Shown here: positions 34,055-45,377 of the stretch, one piece after another
Numbering within the stretch: position 1 is the stretch's first letter
Layout: every line of letters begins with the position of its first letter
NCBI GenBank assembly: GCA_963796055.1
Contig: CAWCKH010000004.1
Coordinates: 3,584,001 to 3,648,000, forward strand
DNA: 64,000 bases
DNA from: an uncultured delta proteobacterium
GTDB lineage: Bacteria > Myxococcota > Myxococcia > Myxococcales > Myxococcaceae
Direction: 5' to 3'
Translations under genes and position numbers: made by a program
The notes under the pieces: generated by a model
What the model was told of the DNA's origin: nothing
The model's database searches: none
What the model saw: only the letters and a program-made list of their open reading frames with translations

Positions 34055-34569
34055 ACCCGCCCCGCCCCACGCTGGAGGTGGGGTACGTGGCGCGCGTGCA
34101 CGGGCTGAAAGGTGAGCTGGCGGTGCGTACCTTCGATCCCGAGTCCGAGGCGCTCCCCTCCGTGAAACGGCTGGTGCTCCGGCTTCGGTCCGGCGAGGAG
34201 CGGCACGTCGCGCTCGCCAGCGCACGCCGCGCGGCCGACACCACCCTGGTCTGCATCGCGGGGGTGGACTCCCGCTCGGCCGCCGAGGCCTTCAGGGGCG
34301 CCACCGTGCTGGTCCACCGGGAGGACCTTCCGCCCCCAGGCGAGGGCGAGTGGTTCCAGGGAGACCTGGTGGGCCTCGAGGCCCGCACGCCCGAGGGTGC
34401 GCCCCTGGGCCGGGTGACGGAGATCTGGAACACCGGCCCGGTCCCGAACCTCGTCATCGAGGGCACCGGTCCCGAACCCCTGGTCGTCCCCTTCGTCGAC
34501 GAGTTCGTCCCCGAGGTCGACGTCCAGGGGGGGGTGCTCGTCGTCCGGCCTCCGGAGATGCTGGAGTAG
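34051..34569 (+). CDS. rimM: Ribosome maturation factor RimM
   Basis: HGLKGE, DLVGL, VPFVDEFV; operon position. Confidence 0.94.
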   Translation: MNPPRPTLEVGYVARVHGLKGELAVRTFDPESEALPSVKRLVLRLRSGEERHVALASARRAADTTLVCIAGVDSRSAAEAFRGATVLVHREDLPPPGEGEWFQGDLVGLEARTPEGAPLGRVTEIWNTGPVPNLVIEGTGPEPLVVPFVDEFVPEVDVQGGVLVVRPPEMLE

Positions 34570-34581
34570 GCGGCAGCGGCC

Positions 34582-35316
34582 ATGTGGCAGGCGGAGATCC
34601 TCACCCTCTTCCCGGCGATGGTGACCGGGTACCTCGAGGCGAGCATCCTCGGAAAGGCCCGTGCCCGCGGGCTGCTCCGGGTCGAGCCGCGTGACATCCG
34701 CGAGCACGCCGAGGGAAAGCACCGGGTGACGGACGACGCCCCCTACGGCGGCGGGGCAGGGATGGTCATGAAGCCCGAGCCGCTGGTCACGGCCATCGAG
34801 GCTGCCCGGGTGGCGCTCCCCGGGGCGCGGGTGCTCCTCACCTCGCCACGCGGGGAGCAGTTCACGCAAGCCATGGCGCGGGCGCTCGCCGCTGGCCCGA
34901 CGGATCTCATCCTGGTCGCCGGACGCTACGAGGGAGTGGACGAGCGGGTCCGCGCGTACGTCGACGCCGAGGTCTCGCTCGGCGACTTCGTCCTCACCGG
35001 GGGCGAGCTCGTGGCCCTGTCCATCGTCGACGCGGTGGCGCGGCTGCTCCCCGGCACGCTCGGAAACGCCGAGTCGTCCGGCGCGGAGAGCTTCGAGGGC
35101 GGGCTGCTCGAGTACCCGCACTACACGCGGCCCGCGGAGTTCCGCGGCATTGCCGTTCCCGAGGTGCTCCAGGGCGGAGACCACGCCCGCATCGCCCGGT
35201 GGCGGCGCTGGCATCAGCTCCAGCTCACCCGCGCCCGGCGGCCAGATCTGCTCGAGGGTGCGGGCCTGTCGGACGAGGATCGGCGCCTGCTGGTACTGGA
35301 GGAGAAGGACCTCTGA
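34582..35316 (+). CDS. trmD: tRNA (guanine-N1)-methyltransferase
   Basis: [45 protein letters not shown]. Confidence 0.98.
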   Translation: MWQAEILTLFPAMVTGYLEASILGKARARGLLRVEPRDIREHAEGKHRVTDDAPYGGGAGMVMKPEPLVTAIEAARVALPGARVLLTSPRGEQFTQAMARALAAGPTDLILVAGRYEGVDERVRAYVDAEVSLGDFVLTGGELVALSIVDAVARLLPGTLGNAESSGAESFEGGLLEYPHYTRPAEFRGIAVPEVLQGGDHARIARWRRWHQLQLTRARRPDLLEGAGLSDEDRRLLVLEEKDL

Positions 35317-35393
35317 ATCCGGGGACTTGTGCTTGCGATGGGGCGGCCCGTCTGCTATCTGGCCCGGCTCCCCATCCGTCGGAGTTTGTAGCC

Positions 35394-35873
35394 ATGCGCC
35401 CGAGCGCCCTGGAGTACATCGAGTCGAAGCAGCTGCGGAAGGACGTCACCGACTTCCGCACCGGTGACACCGTCCGCGTGCACTGGAAGGTCCGCGAGGG
35501 TGAGAAGGAGCGCGTGCAGCCGTTCGAGGGTGTGGTCATCCGCAAGACCAAGGGTGCCAACCGGGCGACCTTCACCGTACGCAAGGTGTCCTACGGAGTC
35601 GGCGTGGAGCGCATCTTTCCGCTGCACAGCCCCCGCTACGAGCGCATCGAGGTGCTGACCCGCGGTGACGTGCGGCACAACCGCCTGTTCTACCTCCGTG
35701 ATCTCCGCGGGAAGGCGAGCCGCGTGGACACCCAGGAAGAGCTGGTCGAGGGTGCCGCCCCGGGCACCCCGCCGGCCGCCGAGGCTTCCCCGGACACGCC
35801 GGCTTCACCTGCCCCGGCCCCCAAGGGCAAGAAGGCCAAGAGCGGCAAGGCCGCAGCCGCCGCGCAGAACTGA
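35394..35873 (+). CDS. rplS: 50S ribosomal protein L19 with low-complexity C-terminal tail
   Basis: [41 protein letters not shown]. Confidence 0.97.
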   Translation: MRPSALEYIESKQLRKDVTDFRTGDTVRVHWKVREGEKERVQPFEGVVIRKTKGANRATFTVRKVSYGVGVERIFPLHSPRYERIEVLTRGDVRHNRLFYLRDLRGKASRVDTQEELVEGAAPGTPPAAEASPDTPASPAPAPKGKKAKSGKAAAAAQN

Positions 35874-35904
35874 GCCGCTGCTGCGCTAGACTCGACCGCT
35901 GCGC

Positions 35905-37761
35905 ATGCACTGGGTCGAGTTTGCGCTCCAGGGCGTCCGCGGGTTCCTGCCCAGCGTTCGCGTCTCCCTGAAGCCCGGTTACTGGACGTTGCTCCCGAAC
36001 ACGCCGGGCGCACCGCTCGTGGGGCTCACCTCCGAGCTGTGCTTCCCCGACGGGCGGGGCGGTGACGCGCGCTACGCCTCCGCCGAGGGCGGCACCACCA
36101 GCAAGGCCGCGCTGTGGATCGTCGGTCGCGACGGCACGACCTACCGCCTGCTGCGCGAGCTGGGCCGCTCGGGCTCCCTGCACCGGGTGAACGCCAGCAC
36201 CCGAGGGCACGACCTCATCACCGAGGACCCGACGGAGATGGCGCAGTTCCTCCGGGCGCAGGTGGGCTTCCCGCCCCGCGGCCGCTACGAGACCGTCTTC
36301 ACCTTCACCCCGGGCCAGCTGCCCACCAGGCGTCCGAAGCGCCAGCCGGCGTCCCCCTCGGGACTGGGCGGCGGCAGCTCGCCCGCCACGCCCGAGCCTC
36401 CGATGGATCCGATGCAGGCCCGGGCCCGGCTGGCCGAGCTGGAGCGGGAGATGGCGGTCTCCACCGAGGTGGAGCGCCTCCAGTTCCGCGTCGACGGGGT
36501 GACCGCGCAGGTGTTCCAGCTCGAGACGCGGGTGAAGTCGGTGCAGGGCCTGGAGCAGGAGCTGGCCGAGGCCCAGCGGGGCTTGCAGCAGGCGCCCACG
36601 GTGGAGAGCCTGGGGCTCATCCCCGACATCGTGGAGCGGGCGAAGGGCTTCCCGGCGCTGGTGGCCAGGGTGGACGAGACCCTGGCCAAGCTCGAGGCCG
36701 AGCGGCAGGTGGACGTGGTCACCGCCCCCAATCCGAGCCCGCTGAGGCGTGACGGTCGGTTCTGGGCCGGCATGGCGCTCGGGGCGGCGGCGCTCTTCAC
36801 CGGGGCCACCGTGACCGGGCCGCTGAAGTACCTCGCCCTGCTGGACATCCCCGCCTTCGGGCTGGCGGCGCTGGTGGCGCTCAAGCGGGTGGAGGACCTC
36901 CAGTGGTCGGAGCTGGCGGTCCGCAAGACCGACCGGCTCGGCGACCGCGAGCGGCAGGTGCGCGAGCAGTTCGAGACCGACGCCCAGCCGGTGCGCAACG
37001 CGATGAAGATCCTCGGGGTCGAGCAGCCGCACGAGATCGTGGCCGCGCTCGAGGAGCACGGGAGGTGGGGGACCCGGGTCGCGGACATGGAGAAGCTGCT
37101 CCAGACCGCCAAGCTCAACCCCGAGTACGTCGCCGCCGCCACCCAGCTCGCCGAGCTGCGCGCCGAGCTGGAGTCGCTCAACGCCAAGCTCGGCGAAAAG
37201 GGCAGCTACGTGCGTGACGCCCGCGACGTCGAGCGGGAGATGGCGCGGGTGCGCGAGGCCCTCACCCCCACGCCGCGGCGCGTCTCCAGGCCCGGGGTTC
37301 CGGCGGCGCAGACCCCGGAGGGGCTCGACGACTTCACGCCTGCGCTGGTGAGCGCCGCCGCAGATCTCCTGACGGTGGACGTGCCGACGCTCGCCTCGCG
37401 CGTCGCCGAACGCTGCGCGCAGTACACCAGCGCATTGACCGAGCGCCGCGTCGAGCGCCTGGACATCGCCCACGACGGACAGGGGACGGCTCGGGTCGGC
37501 GGGCGGCAGGTTCCCGTCGGTCAGCTGGACCCGCGAGACGTCGACTGGGTCTGGCTCGCGCTCCGTCTGTCGCTCCTCGAGCGGCTCGTCGCCCACGAGC
37601 CGATGCCGGTGCTGCTGGAGGACATGGCGACGGGGATGGACGAGGCGCGGCTGCCGATGCTCGGCCGGATGCTGAAGGGGCTCGGGACCGGGACGCAGCT
37701 GCTCCACGTGACCGCCCACCCGGTGTTCGCCTCGATGTCCGAGGGCTCCCTGAACGTCTGA
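35905..37761 (+). CDS. Degenerate SMC/SbcC/YhaN-like coiled-coil protein with central TM hairpin
   Basis: Split ABC-ATPase-like ends (QGVRGF...LKPG; LALRLSL, PVLLED, QLLHVTAH), long coiled coils, two hydrophobic helices. Confidence 0.72.
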   Translation: MHWVEFALQGVRGFLPSVRVSLKPGYWTLLPNTPGAPLVGLTSELCFPDGRGGDARYASAEGGTTSKAALWIVGRDGTTYRLLRELGRSGSLHRVNASTRGHDLITEDPTEMAQFLRAQVGFPPRGRYETVFTFTPGQLPTRRPKRQPASPSGLGGGSSPATPEPPMDPMQARARLAELEREMAVSTEVERLQFRVDGVTAQVFQLETRVKSVQGLEQELAEAQRGLQQAPTVESLGLIPDIVERAKGFPALVARVDETLAKLEAERQVDVVTAPNPSPLRRDGRFWAGMALGAAALFTGATVTGPLKYLALLDIPAFGLAALVALKRVEDLQWSELAVRKTDRLGDRERQVREQFETDAQPVRNAMKILGVEQPHEIVAALEEHGRWGTRVADMEKLLQTAKLNPEYVAAATQLAELRAELESLNAKLGEKGSYVRDARDVEREMARVREALTPTPRRVSRPGVPAAQTPEGLDDFTPALVSAAADLLTVDVPTLASRVAERCAQYTSALTERRVERLDIAHDGQGTARVGGRQVPVGQLDPRDVDWVWLALRLSLLERLVAHEPMPVLLEDMATGMDEARLPMLGRMLKGLGTGTQLLHVTAHPVFASMSEGSLNV

Positions 37762-37806
37762 CCGGCCCCGTACAGTTCCTTCGTCGATCGGACGTGGGGG
37801 GTGGGA

Positions 37807-38178
37807 ATGGGCGAGGTGGATCGGTCGAGGCTCGGCTCGGAGGCCGAGGAGCAGTGCGTGGCCTGGCTGGAGCGCGCGGGGTACCGCATCCGCGAGCGGA
37901 ACTGGCTGGTGCGCGAGGGCGAGCTGGACATCGTGGCGGAGCGGGACGAGTTCCTGTGCTTCGTCGAGGTTCGGATGCGGACCTCGGCGCGCTTCGGCGA
38001 GCCGGCGCTGACGGTGACCCGGGAGAAGCAGCGGCGGGTCGTGCGGGCCGCCCTGCGCTACCTCCAGCGGCGGCCTGCCGCCCGGCGGATGATTCGCTTC
38101 GACGTGATGACCGTCCTCGGCCAGGGTCCGGGCGCAGTCATCGAGCATCTGCCTGGCGCGTTCGACGCCGGGATGTGA
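37807..38178 (+). CDS. yraN: YraN family (UPF0102) protein
   Basis: GSEAE, GYRIRERNW, GELDIVA, FVEVR, RFDV. Confidence 0.93.
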   Translation: MGEVDRSRLGSEAEEQCVAWLERAGYRIRERNWLVREGELDIVAERDEFLCFVEVRMRTSARFGEPALTVTREKQRRVVRAALRYLQRRPAARRMIRFDVMTVLGQGPGAVIEHLPGAFDAGM

Positions 38179-38200
38179 GAGCGTCGCCGGCCAGGCGCAC

Positions 38201-39028
38201 ATGGCTGGCACCCTGCATCTCGTCGCGACGCCGATCGGAAACCTGGGAGACGTGACCGCCCGGGCGGCGGAGGTGCTCCGCGCCGTGGCCTTCGTGGTCT
38301 GCGAGGACACGCGGCACTCGGGGCCGTGGCTCAGGTCGATGGGCGTGCAGGCCCCGCTGCTGAGCCTGCCGGCGTTCGCGGAGAAGGAACGGGCGGGGCG
38401 AATCCTCGCCCGCCTCGAGGCAGGGGAGGACGGGGCGCTGGTGACCGACGCCGGGAGCCCCGGCATCAGCGACCCGGGTGAGGCGCTCGTCGCCGAGGCG
38501 GTGGCTCGCGGCATCCGGGTGGTGCCGGTCCCGGGCCCGAGCGCGGTCATCGCTGCCCTGAGCGCCTCGGGGCTGCCCTCGGGACGCTTTCATTTTCTCG
38601 GCTTCCTCCCGCGCTCGGGGCCGGATTGGACGGCGGTGCTCGACGAGGTCGCGGGGCTCCGGGCGACGCTCGTTCTCTACGAGGCGGCGCGTCGGCTGGG
38701 CGAGACGCTGGCCGACCTCGGGTCGGCGCTCGGACCGCGGCGGGCGGTCGTGGCCCGCGAGCTGACCAAGGTGCACGAGGAGCTCGTCCGCGGGACGCTG
38801 CCCGAGCTCGCGGCCCGCTACCGGGACGGCCCGCCGCTCGGAGAAGTGGTGGTCGTGGTCGAGGGTCGGACCGAGGCGGCCCGCTGGAGCGAGGCGGAGG
38901 TGCTGGCTGCGGTCGCGTCCGGGCTCGCGCGCGGTGAGCGGCTCAAGTCGCTCTCCACCGAGGTGGCGCGTCAGGCCGGCTGGACCAGCGCCGAGGTGTA
39001 CCGGCTGGGCGCGCGCGGCCGTCGATGA
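38201..39028 (+). CDS. rsmI: 16S rRNA (C1402-2'-O)-methyltransferase
   Basis: VATPIGNLGD, CEDTR, DAGSPGISDPG, RELTKVHEE. Confidence 0.96.
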   Translation: MAGTLHLVATPIGNLGDVTARAAEVLRAVAFVVCEDTRHSGPWLRSMGVQAPLLSLPAFAEKERAGRILARLEAGEDGALVTDAGSPGISDPGEALVAEAVARGIRVVPVPGPSAVIAALSASGLPSGRFHFLGFLPRSGPDWTAVLDEVAGLRATLVLYEAARRLGETLADLGSALGPRRAVVARELTKVHEELVRGTLPELAARYRDGPPLGEVVVVVEGRTEAARWSEAEVLAAVASGLARGERLKSLSTEVARQAGWTSAEVYRLGARGRR

Positions 39029-39064
39029 GCTGCGTGCCGAGGGTCGGAGCCATCAGCCCTCCTG

Positions 39065-40138
39065 CTAGCGACCTGTTCCGATGGTCCCGAGCGCCGGTCC
39101 CGGCGTGGCCGCCACCGGCGCGGTCATCATCGACCGCCACTTCGCGACCTGCTCGGTGAGCGCGGGCCTGTCCGCGGCGGCGAGCGAGACCTTCTGCGTC
39201 GGGTGGACGTCGAACGGGTCCAGCACCCGGTCCGAGGCGGACATCAGCTGGTAGTGCAGGTGCGGCGCGAAGCTGTGCCCGCTGTTCCCGCTGTGGGCGA
39301 TGACCTCGCCCTGCTTCACCCGGGTCCCCACGGTGAGCGTCCGGGGTAGCTCGGAGAGGTGGAGGAAGATGGCCTTCAGATGCGGGGGCCCGGCCTCGGT
39401 CACTTCCAGGCTGTTGCCGTTGCCGCGGAAGAACCAGTTCTTCCGGGTGATGGTCCCGTCGAAGGTCGCCTTCACCGGTGTGCCCACCGGGGTCTTGAAG
39501 TCCACCCCCTTGTGCTTCCGGCCGTCCTTCAGCAGCGAGGTGATCTGCTCCCAGCTGTCCAGAGGGGAGGGCTCCAGCCGCAATTCCAGATCCTCGCCGT
39601 CCGGCCCGTAGAACCGTGCGAACTGCGCGCCCGCCGGCTTGAAGCGATAGGCCTCGAACGTCCGGCCTGCTCTGGCGCTCTGCAGCCGCACCGCGGTCAC
39701 CAGCGGCTCCTGCCCGGGCTGCGGCTCGTACAGCACCTCCAGCAGGTCGCCCTTGCGAAGGTCCCCCGGCACGGCGATCCACCAGACCAGGATCCGCTTC
39801 ACCACCTGGGTGAGGGCCGGTCCGGTCTCGTTTCCGGCGCCCGAAACCAGCGCGGCCTCGAGCGGGCCGTCGATGCGCACCGAAAGGACCCGCGGACCGG
39901 TGGGGACCGGCGGGGCCACCGGCGCCTGTGTCACCCCCGGCACCGCGGTGGAGCCCGGCGCACTGAGCACCGGCGCGGGCGCCACCACCGGCACCTGTGC
40001 CACGGGCGCGGCAGGGCGCTGCCTGCGGTGCCACAGATAGCCGCCCGCGCCCACCACGAGGGCGAGGAACAGCACCACCCACCTGCGACCACTCGATCGC
40101 CGGGCCGGCTGGCCCAGCACTGGCATCTTCACCGGCAT
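39065..40138 (-). CDS. M23 family metallopeptidase, membrane-anchored
   Basis: N-terminal TM helix, HKGVD and PHLHY zinc motifs. Confidence 0.92.
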   Translation of the reverse strand: MPVKMPVLGQPARRSSGRRWVVLFLALVVGAGGYLWHRRQRPAAPVAQVPVVAPAPVLSAPGSTAVPGVTQAPVAPPVPTGPRVLSVRIDGPLEAALVSGAGNETGPALTQVVKRILVWWIAVPGDLRKGDLLEVLYEPQPGQEPLVTAVRLQSARAGRTFEAYRFKPAGAQFARFYGPDGEDLELRLEPSPLDSWEQITSLLKDGRKHKGVDFKTPVGTPVKATFDGTITRKNWFFRGNGNSLEVTEAGPPHLKAIFLHLSELPRTLTVGTRVKQGEVIAHSGNSGHSFAPHLHYQLMSASDRVLDPFDVHPTQKVSLAAADRPALTEQVAKWRSMMTAPVAATPGPALGTIGTGR

Positions 40139-40160
40139 CGTTGCCCGTCCGCCTCCACGA

Positions 40161-41558
<1,398 letters not shown>

Positions 41559-41632
41559 GTGTGGCGAGCCGGGCACGATGCGGGGAGAGCGCATGCCAGG
41601 TCAAGAGGAGCCCCGGGGACTTCGAGGCTAGA

Positions 41633-43309
41633 GTGCCGCCGCCCGTGACCGACGCGCCCGTGACCGCCGCCACAGAGCCAGCCAGGAGCTCGGGCCGGGG
41701 CGCCACGCTGGTGGCGTTGGGAATCCTCGCCTCGCGGCTGATGGGCCTGGTCCGGCAGCGGGTCTTCGCCCACTACCTGAGCACCTCGGCCCTGGCCGGA
41801 GCGTTCACCGCTGCGCTCCGCATCCCCAACGTCCTGCAGAACCTGTTCGGGGAGGGCGTCCTCTCGGCCTCGTTCATCCCCGTCTACGCGCGGCTGCTGG
41901 GCGAGGGGCGCCGGGAGGAGGCGGACCGGGTGGCCGGGGCGGTCTTCGGCCTGCTCTCGCTCCTGGTCGCGGTGCTGGTCGCCCTGGGCATCTTCGCCGC
42001 ACCGTGGATCGTCGGGGTGGTGGTCGGTGGCTTCGCCGAGACCGGCCCGGCTGCCTTCGCCAAGGCCGTCCAGCTCACCCGCATCCTCTTCCCCAGCACG
42101 GGCCTGCTGGTGCTCTCGGCCTGGTGCCTGGGGGTGCTCAACAGCCACCGGAAGTTCCTCCTCTCCTACGCCGCCCCGGTGGTGTGGAACCTGGCGCAGA
42201 TCGCCGTCCTGCTGGTGGCCGGCCCGCGCGTGGACGAGGACCGGCTGACGACCCTCCTCGCCTGGGGCGTGGTGGCGGGCAGCGCCCTCCAGCTGCTGGT
42301 GCAGCTGCCCGCGCTCTGGCCGCTGCTGGGCCGGTTCCGGCCGTCGCTGGACACCACCACCGCGGCGATGCGGGCCGTCCTCCGGGGGTTCGTCCCCATC
42401 CTGGTGGCCCGGGGCGTGGTCCAGGTGAGCGCGCTGGTCGACACCTACTACGCCTCGCTCATCTCTCCCCAGACGGTGGCGGTGCTCGGGTACACCCAGC
42501 TCCTGGCGCTGCTCCCGGTGTCGCTCTTCGGGATGTCGGTCTCGGCCGCGGAGCTGCCCGAGCTCGCCCGGGAGACCGCGCTCGGGCCCGAGGCCGCCGA
42601 GCGGCTCCGGAGGCGCATCGACCGGGGCCTGGAGCGCATCGCCTTCTTCGTGGTTCCCTCCGCGGTGGCCTTCCTGCTCCTCGGCGACGTCCTGGGGGGG
42701 CTGCTGTTCCAGACCGGCCGGTTCGACGCCGCCGATACCCGCTGGCTCTGGTATCTCCTGATGGGGTCGGCGGTGGGACTGGTGGCGGGGACGCTGGGCC
42801 GGCTGTACGCCTCGGCGTTCTACGCGCTCCAGGACACGCGCACGCCGCTGGTGTTCGCGACCCTCCGGGTCGTTCTCTCCGCGGCGCTGGCCTACGTCTC
42901 GGTGCGCTACGGCCCCGGATGGTTCGGGGTGCCGGTGGAGATCGGCGCGGTGGGCATCACCGCGACCACCGGGTTCGCCGCCTGGCTCGAGTACACCCTG
43001 CTGCGGCGAGCGCTCTCCCGGCGCATCGGCAGGACCGGCATCCCCGCGCGGCGTCAGGCGTGGTTCTGGGGGAGCGCGCTGGCGGCCGGGACCTTGGCCC
43101 TGCTGGGGAAGGTGTGGCTCACCAGCCGGTTCGGCCCGGCCCCCTCGATCGAGCGCTTCTGGGGCTGGCAGGTGCTGCCCGCGCCGGCGTTGAGCCCGGT
43201 CCTGGTGGCCGCCCTGCTCGTCCCGGTGTTCGCCGGGGTGTACCTCGGTCTCACCGCGCTCGGGGGAGCATCCCAGCTCCGCAGCGTCCTCTCCCGGCTC
43301 CGTACCTGA
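41633..43309 (+). CDS. murJ: Lipid II flippase MurJ (MviN)
   Basis: SRLMGLVR, RIPNVLQNLFGEGVLSASFIP, FYALQDTRTP; start approximate. Confidence 0.94.
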   Translation: MPPPVTDAPVTAATEPARSSGRGATLVALGILASRLMGLVRQRVFAHYLSTSALAGAFTAALRIPNVLQNLFGEGVLSASFIPVYARLLGEGRREEADRVAGAVFGLLSLLVAVLVALGIFAAPWIVGVVVGGFAETGPAAFAKAVQLTRILFPSTGLLVLSAWCLGVLNSHRKFLLSYAAPVVWNLAQIAVLLVAGPRVDEDRLTTLLAWGVVAGSALQLLVQLPALWPLLGRFRPSLDTTTAAMRAVLRGFVPILVARGVVQVSALVDTYYASLISPQTVAVLGYTQLLALLPVSLFGMSVSAAELPELARETALGPEAAERLRRRIDRGLERIAFFVVPSAVAFLLLGDVLGGLLFQTGRFDAADTRWLWYLLMGSAVGLVAGTLGRLYASAFYALQDTRTPLVFATLRVVLSAALAYVSVRYGPGWFGVPVEIGAVGITATTGFAAWLEYTLLRRALSRRIGRTGIPARRQAWFWGSALAAGTLALLGKVWLTSRFGPAPSIERFWGWQVLPAPALSPVLVAALLVPVFAGVYLGLTALGGASQLRSVLSRLRT

Positions 43310-43457
43310 CGGAGCGGTCCGCTCCCAGTGCAATCCGAGGGCATCCCCCTTTGCCCCCGGGGAGCGGATGTGCAATGACCCGCGGCCCTCACGGGGGGCG
43401 CCGGCACTGGCGCGCTCCCGGTGTCATCAGTAGACCGTTGCAGCGAGGAGCATCGAG

Positions 43458-45377
43458 GTGAGTGACGATCAGAAGGGCCCGGACAAGGGTGGCTTCGGGC
43501 CCAAGAAGCCCCGGGCGACCTTCGGGGACGTGATGCTGGGCATCCCCGCGGGCCGGGGCGGAGAGCAGACGGAGCGTCCCCGGGGCGAGCGCCGCCGCGA
43601 CGCGCCTGCGTCCGCTGCCGCCGGCACGGAACCCGCTGCCGAGCCCCCACGTCGCGAGCCCAAGAAGCCCGAGCGCCGCAAGCCGCAGGGTCCGCTGGTG
43701 GTGGTGCGCCGGGCGAGTGGGGCGATCGAGACCCGCGGCCCCGAGACCCCGAGGGCCGAGGAGCCGGCGGCCGCCGCCGTCGAGGCGAGCACCCCGCCGA
43801 CCGCCGAGCCTGCCGCCCCGGCCACGCCCGCGCCGCCACGGAGCGCGCTGTACGAGGAGGTCCCCGAGGACCAGTCCTTCGCCGAGATGTACGAGGCCCA
43901 CGCCAAGCAGGAGGGCGGGACCCACCGGCGCTTGCCTCGGGTCGGCGAGCGGGTGACCGGGACCATCTTCCAGCTCGGCGCGGACACGGCCTTCCTGACC
44001 CTCGGCGGCCGCACCGAGGCGATGATCGACCTCCGGGAGCTCAAGGACGACGAGGGCATCCTCCGCTTCGGCGTCGGGGACACGGTCGAGGCGCACGTGG
44101 TGGAGGCGGGCGCCAAGGGCGTCATCCTCAGCCGCACCCTGAGCAAGGGCTCGGCGTCTCTGGCGATGCTCGCCGAGGCGCGGGCGAGCGGGATGCCGGT
44201 GGAGGGGCTGGTGCTGGCGGTGAACAAGGGCGGGTTCGAGGTTGCGGTGGGCGACGCGCGGGCGTTCGTGCCACTCAGCCAGATGGACCTGCGCTTCGTG
44301 GACAAGCCGGACCAGTACATCGGCGAGCGGCTGCGCTTCCGCGTGACCGAGGTCCGCGAGCGGAACGTGGTTCTGAGCCGCCGGGCGCTGCTCGAGGACG
44401 AGCAGAAGGTGCTGGCCGCCGAGACCCGGAAGTCCCTCGCCGAGGGCAAGGTGCTCCAGGGCAAGGTGACCGGCGTTCGCGACTTCGGGGTCTTCGTGGA
44501 TCTCGGCGGCGTGGAGGGCCTGGTCCCGGTCTCCGAGCTGTCGCACGTGCGCGTCGGCCACCCCAGCGAGGTGGTGACCGTCGGGGACACGGTCGAGGTG
44601 GAGGTGCTGCGCCTCGAGCCGCCGAACCCGCACTCGCCGGACAAGGCGAAGCACAAGGAGCGCATCACCCTGTCGATGCGCGCCCGGCAGGAAGACCCGT
44701 GGAAGGCGTTCGCCGCGGGACTCCGAGAAGGTGACCGGCTCCAGGGCAAGGTGGTGAGGCTGCAGCCCTTCGGCGCCTTCGTCGAGCTGAAGCCCGGGGT
44801 GGACGGGTTGATCCACATCTCGGCCATGTCCGAGCGGCGCATCGCGCACCCGCGGGACGTCCTGAAGGTCGGCGACCACGTCGAGGTGACGGTGGAGAAG
44901 GTGGACCCCGCCGAGAAGCGCATCGGGCTCCGGCTGGTGGTGGACGGAGTGCCGGTGGGCAGTGGCGTCTCGACCTCCGCCCCGGCGGCGGAGCCGGCAG
45001 CGGCGAAGGAGCACGCGCCGAAGCGCGAGACCGCCCCGCGTCCGAAGGCGGGCCAGGTGGTCGAGGGCACCGTGGACCGCATCGAGTCCTACGGCGTGTT
45101 CCTGGTGTTCCCCGGTGGCCGCGGGCTGGTTCCGGCGAGCGAGACCGGAACGGAGCGGGGCACCGACCTCAAGCGTCACTTCCAGCTCGGTCAGGCCCTG
45201 AAGGCGCAGATCGTGGAGGTGGACGGCAGCGGGAAGATCCGCCTGTCGCTCACCGCGGCGGAGCGGGCTGCCGAGCGCGCCGAGATGGAGGCGTGGCAGC
45301 GCACCCAGCGTCCCAGCGGCGGGGGCAGCAAGGGCTTCGGCACGCTGGGGGATCTCCTCAAGAACCGGAAGGTCTAG
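43458..45377 (+). CDS. S1 RNA-binding domain protein (bS1/RpsA-like, five S1 domains, long N-terminal extension)
   Basis: SFAEMYE helix, NKGGF, FGVFVDLGGVEGL, FGAFVEL..GVDGLIHIS, C-terminal GTLGDLL. Confidence 0.9.
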   Translation: MSDDQKGPDKGGFGPKKPRATFGDVMLGIPAGRGGEQTERPRGERRRDAPASAAAGTEPAAEPPRREPKKPERRKPQGPLVVVRRASGAIETRGPETPRAEEPAAAAVEASTPPTAEPAAPATPAPPRSALYEEVPEDQSFAEMYEAHAKQEGGTHRRLPRVGERVTGTIFQLGADTAFLTLGGRTEAMIDLRELKDDEGILRFGVGDTVEAHVVEAGAKGVILSRTLSKGSASLAMLAEARASGMPVEGLVLAVNKGGFEVAVGDARAFVPLSQMDLRFVDKPDQYIGERLRFRVTEVRERNVVLSRRALLEDEQKVLAAETRKSLAEGKVLQGKVTGVRDFGVFVDLGGVEGLVPVSELSHVRVGHPSEVVTVGDTVEVEVLRLEPPNPHSPDKAKHKERITLSMRARQEDPWKAFAAGLREGDRLQGKVVRLQPFGAFVELKPGVDGLIHISAMSERRIAHPRDVLKVGDHVEVTVEKVDPAEKRIGLRLVVDGVPVGSGVSTSAPAAEPAAAKEHAPKRETAPRPKAGQVVEGTVDRIESYGVFLVFPGGRGLVPASETGTERGTDLKRHFQLGQALKAQIVEVDGSGKIRLSLTAAERAAERAEMEAWQRTQRPSGGGSKGFGTLGDLLKNRKV

